A stretch of DNA of 62,648 nt, the filler included, from Kipferlia bialata (taxonomy: Eukaryota): NCBI GenBank assembly GCA_003568945.1. It is 7 parts of 5 records of this genome, joined end to end, with 100 filler letters (N's around TTAATTAATTAA, not from the genome) between each part and the next. Parts side by side here need not be neighbours in the genome. Positions count along the whole stretch, not along the records: positions 50,950 to 54,939 come from BDIP01000705.1; positions 55,040 to 62,648 come from BDIP01000705.1; 5 more parts are not named here. One strand, given 5' to 3'. This document shows, one piece after another, positions 54,388 through 62,648 of this stretch. The position numbers and the translations under genes were made by a program. The first letter of the stretch is position 1; each line of letters starts with the position of its first letter. A model generated the notes under the pieces. The model searched no databases. It saw nothing but the letters and a program-made list of their open reading frames with translations, and had not been told where the DNA came from.

Positions 54388-54889
54388 CTGGGGGTCAATA
54401 TATATAATGTATCATCTATATATATTCAATACTGATAATCATGACAGTATCAGTATCTCTAAGCATACTTATACTGATAACTGAAGTCTATGCCCTGGGG
54501 GTAAGTAATTAGTAATGTTCACCAAGTGAGGGTGGAGTATGTGCTGTAAATACTTCCTCTTCTGTCAAAAGAATTATCACTGGGGCTAGTACTTGGTGTG
54601 ACATAATAGTATATATCAATAGGTACCAGAAGGGTGAAGCGTACTTGTCATGGGTTATAATGACACGATACTCATATAAGCTTATACACTTGTAACAAAT
54701 TCTATAATTATGAACATGTGCATACCAATATATAATTACATATACCTGGGAGCTTAGTACACATAGTGTACCAAGGAACACCGTCCATCTCTCTCTCTCT
54801 CTCTCTTGATCTGTCTCTCTCTGTATACACCCTCTCTCTTACGTGTATCCCACTGCTGTGTCAGTTAGTGGGATGGAGGTGTGTGATGT

Positions 54890-54928
<39 letters not shown>

Positions 54929-54939
54929 GGGGGGGAAAA

Positions 54940-55039
54940 NNNNNNNNNNNNNNNNNNNNNNNNNNNNNNNNNNNNNNNNNNNNTTAATTAATTAANNNNN
55001 NNNNNNNNNNNNNNNNNNNNNNNNNNNNNNNNNNNNNNN
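54940..55039. other. Artificial contig spacer
   Basis: N-run with TTAATTAATTAA. Confidence 0.97.
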
Positions 55040-55194
55040 TCCTACCCCTTCCCCCCCCCCCCCCCCCCCCCCATGTATATATATATATATAAGTATATAA
55101 CTGTCTCCCTTACACTGCTGTCATATGTGAGGGTGTATATAGTTATATACTCTCCCCCCCTCCCCCCCTCTCCCATATCCATGCCTCACCCCCA

Positions 55195-55721
55195 GCTGAC
55201 TACTCTGTCATCCCCATCCTGGACACACTCACGGTGGAGAGAATAGGTACATCCTATTAATAGTTGACTTGGAGTAAGGATAACTGACCAATCCCACACC
55301 CTTCAGGTCAGTCTCTACCCCTGTTTCTCGTGTTTATGGTATCGATATGTATTACTATTTATATTCATATGTCTTGCGCCCTTCTGACCCCCAGCCTCCC
55401 TGATTGTGCCTGACTCCTTCTCGGCCATGAGGTGCAGGGAGATATCAAGGTACATTGATATATGTACCCAACATATCTAGTATAAATATGTATATATTGG
55501 TACCAGTACCTGACTCCTTCTCGGCCATGAGGTGCAGAGAGATATCAAGGTATACTACTTTTTACCCATGCCTTCGGACACCCTTCCCCACCCCAATACT
55601 CTATTCCCTCTATCCTGCCCCCTCTGTTAGGATAGTCAGTTGCGTGATTTTCTCTCTATGGGTGTGAATATAAGTATAATAATTTGTATATCTCCTACCA
55701 GAGTATGATAGTACCTCGTGA

Positions 55722-55753
<32 letters not shown>

Positions 55754-58700
55754 ACCGGTCTTACCTCTTAGCATGCTTGACATCCTTCTCCTCCTGTCTG
55801 GTGAGTCCGTCCAACACAGACTGGCACTGGTGGGCAGTGAGATACCAAGGTATATGTGCATTAGCATATATATATAATACATTATATATATATATCATTA
55901 TGTATATATCAGTCCAGCACAGACTGGCACTGGTGGGCAGTGAGATACCAAGGTGGGAGCACTCACTCCAATACATGCAATCATATATGTATATTTCTTT
56001 CACAGTACTTCAATCTTCTCACCCCCAGAATCACCCTGGCCAATGCCGCCCCTGCCACTGACATTACACCTATATATCTGTCTTTCACTGTAGCCCCATT
56101 CCCCATTCCCACTCCCCTCTCACTTTAAGGATCACCCTGGCCAATGCCGCGTCTGCCACTGACCTCGGCACCCGTCTCCCAGCCATCCAGCTGCTCAACA
56201 ACCTACTGGTGGACAAGGCCAACATCACTCCACTGGTGGATATAGGGATAGGTACAATGCCGTATAGTACTACTGTATAGTATATATCAATAATATCTGG
56301 TATGGATTCCTACTGGTGAATAAGGACAACATCAATTGGTGGATATAGGGGTAGGTATTCTTTCTAATCATCATCTTCCCATGTTATCTTCTTTACTACT
56401 CTACCAATCGTCTCTCACGCCAGTCCCTGTGCTCATTGCTGCAGCCGACACAGGATACGAGTCGGTACGTCCTATAGCATCTTCATACACTGGATTCAAG
56501 TGACTCGATATTCTATATATTCTCGCGTAGCTCTAGGTCTCTATCTTAATGATGTGCTGACCCCAGGTGTCCAGATGGGCCCTCAATGCCCTGTGGAAGG
56601 TGGCATTTACACACAGGTACTGTATCTCCAGATATTCTATACAATTATCTACTACTCTCCCCCAGCCCCTCCCTCATATAGTCAGTGTATCATTATACAA
56701 CCTCACTTTCTAATCCCAGTCCCTCTCTCATCCGTCTTGGTGCCCTCTCTGTTGGCATTGAGGCCCTGAAGCGTAGCAAGGAGCTGGAGACGCTGGTCTG
56801 TGCCGCTGGGTTACTCAGTGTGCTACTGGGAAGGCAGAGCAGGTTGGTATATACGAGTGTATATTAATATATACATACATGCTTGGAAATACCAACTCAC
56901 CCCTTAGACCTGAGCGAGTTGTCTTTGCCCAGAAGGGCATATCGGCAGTGCTCATAGCATCCACTAGGTATGTATGTATGTATATATAGTAATGAATGTA
57001 TCCCTTATACTATGTATACGCTCACTTACTAGGTACCCAGACTCCCCCCAGCTGGCCAGATACCTGCTCATCATACTCTGGAGGGTGTCGGCAGAGGGTA
57101 CGTATGTCACTAGCACTGAATGGCTATATACGAACGCGTAGTGGTCTAACGACATTCGGCACCTCTCCCTCACGATATATATCTGTGTACCCTCTCACCC
57201 CAGTTGAGGCCAAGACCAAGCTGTTTGAGCAGGGGGTGCTGGCAGTGGCACTGGACCTGATGGCAAGGTATAACGAACTATCACACACTCATATGAAATG
57301 CTGTATGTTATTGCAGTCCTCTGGCTGACCCCCTCACCCTCCCAGGTTTGGAATGCACTCGGCACTCATATCGAGGCCCGCACTAGGTACGATCTTCTTC
57401 ACTTTCATATGAGTACACATTATATGCAGTGTATCACCACTGACCTCACTCCAGGTGTGCTGTGCAACCTATTATGTACTATTTCTGTCAATATGGCAGT
57501 TCTCACGTATATCACTAATCCCACCCCAGGTGTGCTGTGCAACCTGTCTGTCCGTAGTCAGTCTCTGCTGAGACAGGACATCACGGAGTACGGGGCCATA
57601 CCACTCATTGTTAGGTGTGAATATGTCCTTGTCTGTCTCTCTGAATCTCTATCGGAGTCTCTCTCTCTCTCTTTCTATGACAGTCTGTCTACATACCGTC
57701 TGAACTCAGGGTGATGGTGGCCCAGCAGCAGGACAGGTCCTCAGTCTTCTATGGGTACGTGTATATATATGCTAAGGATATATGAGTATGCATACTACTT
57801 ATATATACTCAATCCCCCCACCCCAGCTCCCGTCTGCTGTGGCACCTGTCCCTCCACCCCGTCGGTGTCATATACATGACCACCCTGGAGGGAGAGATAC
57901 ACGAGATGGGGGTTGGGTATGGAGAGAGGGTGGGCATGCGGGGTCTGAGGCCCATGCTAGCTGAGCCAGGGGTCACAGTCATGAAGAGAGCAATCGAGGT
58001 GCTAACTAGGTACGGTATAGTGCAACACAGTATGTATAGTGTATATCTATAATAGATGTGTGTATATGAAGGGTCATGAAGAGAAGAATCGAGGTGCTGA
58101 CAAGGTATGGCACCTATTAGTATTGTATGAATGTATGGTTGTGGCCCTAACCCCCCAGATACCACACCGACCCAGCCATAGCATACCATGGCCTGCAGAT
58201 ACTGCACAACGTGACAACAAGTCCACCGTGCAGAGTAGCATTCTTTGAGGTCGGATGCAGTAAATCAATGATACTACCTCTCTCTTCACACTCTCAGGAT
58301 AGCCTGCCGGAGTATGTACTGTATATATTCTGATCCTAGGTTGCAGCCCCCTTCCTCGGGTCCATCCTCGAGATAGCAGGGCAGGAGCTGCCAGACGAAC
58401 TAGTCATGTGGGCCCTGCAGGTACACCCGTGTAGTATCCGTCATACAGTATCGTGTTGTCGATATGTTCATATTATGAGACTCCTGATCTCACCCCAGGA
58501 CCTCATCCACCTGTCTCTGTCCCCCTTGCTCAAGACACCATTGGTGCAGGTATGTTGTTATACTATATCAACACTGGAACTGCACTAATTACACCCACTT
58601 ACCAGACCATAGTATATTCATTTGTACTCTATGTTTTAGTGTTCCGCCCTTGAAGTCATCTATCTATATATTAATATGTGTGTGTGTATTTGATTCCGCA

Positions 58701-60333
58701 CTGACCTATTCAGATCGGTGCCCATAGATGGGCGATTGCGGCACTGACAAGGGACATACCCGCTGTACTGGTGAAGGTATAGTGGTATACATATATAGTG
58801 GTAATATCTCGTGGCTACTACCATTATGTGTACTGATGAAAGGCCTGCACTCTGCTGAACACTTAAATGGAGACTTTATCTCAATGGATCATCTTACATA
58901 ACTGATTATATACCCTACAACACTACTGACCCCCAGGCCTGCACCCTGCTGAACAACACATGCACCTGTTGCACTAGGGCCAGGCCCTGTGGGTCAGGGG
59001 AGAGAGAGGGGGAGAGGGAGGGGGAGAGGGGGTCTGTGGTGTCTATCACCAGAGAGGGTGAGGTGGAGAGTCCAACCGGAACAGACAGAGTCCCTACCCG
59101 TATGCAAGAGGGGGATAGGGAGAGGGAGAGGAAGAGACAGGGCATGACCCTTGAGGAGGCAGAGGAGGCGGAGAGACTCGCCGACAAACAGGTAGCTTAT
59201 AACGCTGCCCAGTGTATATAACTGTATTGTATATTATGAGTGTCTCTCGCTACCCCCAGGCCAACAGAGATGCCTTGGTCGAGGCCGGCGCCATCAACAG
59301 TCTGCTCACAGTGCTCAAGGTAACAGATCCCTCGCATCCAAGGTCATACCTTGTATCCTATCTGACCCCCAGAAGGCTGGCACCTTTGCGGGTGTTGCCC
59401 AGTGGGCCCTGAGGGCACTGTCTCTCATATCAGACTGCCCAAGTGGCAAGGTATATCCATATACTATTCTATACTGCTAAGAGAAATCCAGGTGTGTCTC
59501 TACTTTTCTGAGGCAAGGTAGGAGTATGCTTTATGCCCATCTAGTCTATGGCTCTGTCTCTTCTACATCTCACCCCCCAGCAGTTCATGTGGGCCGAGAG
59601 GGGCATGCTCCTGGGTATAGCCGACATACACAGCGAGGACACAGTGATACGCAACAGGTATAGACACACACACATACATATACATAATAGTATAGTCCCT
59701 GTTCAACCGTTGACCGTTCCAGGGTAGAGTACCTCCTCAAGCTGGGTGTGGAGCACGAGACTGCCCATGCAGAGAGTATCAGGATAGCACGGGTCAAGAG
59801 AGAGAGAGAGGCAGAGAGAGAGCGGGCCCGGGTGCGTGCTGTGAGACACGAGGTGAGGAGTGGTACTATGCCTCTGTATATATGTGGGTAATGCCCTGTC
59901 TAACCTGCAGGGTGTGAGACTGGCCCAGCCGAGCATCCCCTGGGTGCCCTCGCCCTGGGAGAGCCAGCGACTGCCCCTACCTGAGAGCCCAGGGAGGGAG
60001 AGAGAGGAGGGGGTGACATTCACCTTTGCTGGGATGGATATTGAGGGTGTAGAGGGTGTAGAAGGGGTGGAGGGCCCAGAGGCTAGGGAGGGTGTGGAGG
60101 GGTCTGATGAGACTGGGGAGGAGGAGAGAGAGATGGCACACAGTGTGAGAGAGACCACCGTGTTCTCATACGCCATCGAGGGTGACTATTCACCATTGCC
60201 CACCCCTGTCAGGACACCCGTTCGCATGGGTGGGTCAGACAGAGGTATGAGGGGGGAGGGAGAGAGAGGGAAGTCCCTCGGGGTGGGGGACGAGGAGGAG
60301 GCTGGTGGGGTGGGGAGGCACCTTGACCTATAA
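55195..60333 (+). CDS. Armadillo-repeat protein, multi-exon, 5' partial
   Basis: ARM-like segments AIQLLNNL...PLVDIGI, GVLCNLS...ITEYGAIPLIV, KLFEQGVLAVAL, ANRDALVEAGAINSLLTVL and WALRALSLIS. Stop TAA at 60331-60333. Confidence 0.75.
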
Positions 60334-60566
60334 GCTTAGTTACCACAGAGTATATGTTTCTACATATGGATATGGGTGATAATGAGTCGATAGACACCTC
60401 TATGTTGCTACCGCGTCAGAGGTCATTTACAGCCACATGAATGGCCAGGAAATGAGTTGTTGCACTAAAAGTGAACAAATAGTAACATTTCTACAAAGGG
60501 TCTAGCGAGGATTTTCATTGATGTGTCAATCTCAGATCTAGGACCGCTCTTTCTTCAGAATTCAAA

Positions 60567-61635
60567 ATGGGTTGTGGACGTTGCTGCAGTATCCTGTGCC
60601 TGATTATCGCCGCTTTCCTCCTTGTTGATGTCTTCGTCGTGTCTGGAATCCTCTTTGGGGTCTACATGCTCGAGGGAACCTATGTGAGTATTTTTACATT
60701 CTTGCACCGTGTTTTATGTTTCATTTCAACCCACTGCTCTCTTTGCTGTGTAGCATGTGTTTGTGTGTCACCTTTGTGCCTTGCTTCACCTGTTATTATG
60801 CATTGACATCTAGGTCACCGCCGCTGAGGACGGAACTCTCGTGACTGCCACCGTCACAGGTATGCCATATCTCTAATGCACATATCAGACATTTAGCATA
60901 TATACGGTGATTGCTCGGTGATAGAGGTCATCAGTTTAAGTGTATTATGCGGATAGTGGGTGATTTTGAGAGACTCTTCGTTCAACTGGCCTCGTTTGGT
61001 AACGTACATGATTACATGTTACATCTTGTAAAGAGGTTGTTCTCTACGCCACTGTTTATAGCTCTTATCTAGTTTACTATATCTAGTATACTATATCTCT
61101 TTCTTTTATGATGTATGTCAGCCACACCCACACTTGTTGTTCTATTTATATATTAGATTTACCGAATAACCACTGTATGGATTCCATACTTCCTAATGCC
61201 CCTATATCCCAGATGAATTCAGTATTATCCCCATACTATATTACATTGTCCCTCTCACCCCCAGGTATAGACCTGGCAAGTATCAGGATCAGTCTCTCCC
61301 TATCTTCCCATGTTTTCTGATGCCTCTCACCCCCCAGAGATTGACCTGGCCAATGACGGCTCCCCCATGCAGACCCTGAGTGACGAGCAGTCCTGGAGGT
61401 GCATGGTTACCACTGAGTACGCTGGCCAGGTGGGTGTCATTCTAGTAGTCCCCCAATATGCACATGTTTTGGTACAGTATATATGAAATGTATCACTGAT
61501 GCCTCAGGAGTACTACACCTGCGAGCCCATCACCTGCATGGCCTTCACTGCCACAGAGGCCAAGGCCGCGTACGTGTCATTGTATATGTACTCTTGTGAA
61601 GTCGTGTGTACACTATTCTCTGTTCCAGTCATACG

Positions 61636-61670
<35 letters not shown>

Positions 61671-61736
61671 ATAATATACAGGCCCCTACCTGACCCCAGT
61701 GATTTCTACATCACCATGTCCTCTCTCTCTCTCTCT

Positions 61737-61772
<36 letters not shown>

Positions 61773-62561
61773 TGCCTGCCCCTGACCCCAGTGCCTTCTG
61801 CAACGAGTTCACCGTCGATGCTACCACCCAGATCACCATCGCCACCGACACCGAGATGTACGTCCTACGCTATCACATCCACTCTGCCCCAACTAATTAT
61901 TTATAGTGTATTAGTAATGGTGTATCATTGATCATTCCCTAACTGTCCAGGTGTGAGAACGACCTGTTTGGAGATGTCCAGTGCTCCTGGACCACCAGCC
62001 AGGTATATACATGTATATTTCTTAGTTATCCCCCCCCCCCCCCGCCCCCCACCCCCCCCCCCTTTTTGCCGAACCCCCCCCCCCCCCCCTCCCCCCGGAC
62101 CTCCCTCTTACATTTTGTCGCCATCCCCCATATGCCCTCTATTCTCTTTCCTCACCCCAGGTCAGGCTCAACCCTGCCTTCCGTGGCCTTGACCACACTG
62201 CAGCTGCCGACCCCCAGTCCTACATGCTCAAGAGGCATCTGCTGCAGGTATCCCTCTGTCTAGTATTCCTATATGGGAATCCTCTGCAACGTGTCCTTCT
62301 ATGAGATCAGTATATATACTTACCCCCAGACCCTTATCGACAACCCCGATGGAGACAAGTTCCTGTTCGACGGCATCCCAACCCTGGGTACGCGTACACA
62401 CTCTCTCTTCATATTTTAATTGAGGTTGTTCTTCCACTGACACTCTTCTATGTCTGGTCTGTGTGTGTGTGTATAGTGTACCATCTGACTCTAGCTGACA
62501 AGCCCTTCTGCTTCCTGTGGGAGGCCGAGTACGATGTGGCCAGGAGGATGATGGTGCTGAG
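60567..62561 (+). CDS. Hypothetical membrane-anchored protein, multi-exon, 3' partial
   Basis: MGCGRCCSILCLIIAAFLLVDVFVVSGILFGVYML (Cys-rich N-terminus plus TM helix), followed by exon-like segments with canonical splice sites. Confidence 0.55.
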
Positions 62562-62603
62562 GTATATGTGGGTATACCTGTATACATTGGTAATTTCTCT
62601 CTC

Positions 62604-62648
<45 letters not shown>

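Noticed and set aside
10020..55039. Recurrent TTAATTAATTAA flanked by Ns as a biological motif, and gene neighbourhoods across these points
   Set aside because: Identical 100-nt artificial spacers join unrelated contigs, so synteny across them is meaningless.
1..62648. Most ORFs in the supplied six-frame track (YIYIYI, SLSLSL, ERERER-rich)
   Set aside because: They read through introns and (TA)n/(GA)n microsatellites; real proteins emerge only after splicing.

Overview
Eukaryotic, very intron-rich genomic DNA made of seven unrelated contigs (about 1-10019, 10120-25588, 25689-30169, 30270-35291, 35392-50849, 50950-54939, 55040-62648). They are joined by artificial 100-nt N/TTAATTAATTAA/N spacers. 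Short GT-AG introns ending in CTNAC-(C)n-AG, the standard genetic code and divergent kelch-like genes suggest a free-living fornicate such as Kipferlia (inference only). Genes reconstructed by manual splicing: RFC1, THUMPD1/Tan1-like, a bacterial-type arylsulfotransferase, a partial tRNA-Arg(ACG), Rab3GAP catalytic subunit, an FG-GAP protein, an Smr protein, a short tRNase Z-like protein, OLA1/YchF, two kelch-like proteins, an Ig/filamin-like secreted protein, an armadillo-repeat protein and several hypothetical proteins. The most striking unexplained structure is dozens of truncated 'exon echoes'. Copies of acceptor plus exon 5' part sit upstream of the real exon, and copies of exon 3' part plus donor sit downstream. 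They cannot be spliced in as ordinary exons, yet their differences from the real exon are strongly biased to synonymous changes. Exon coordinates are manual and approximate.
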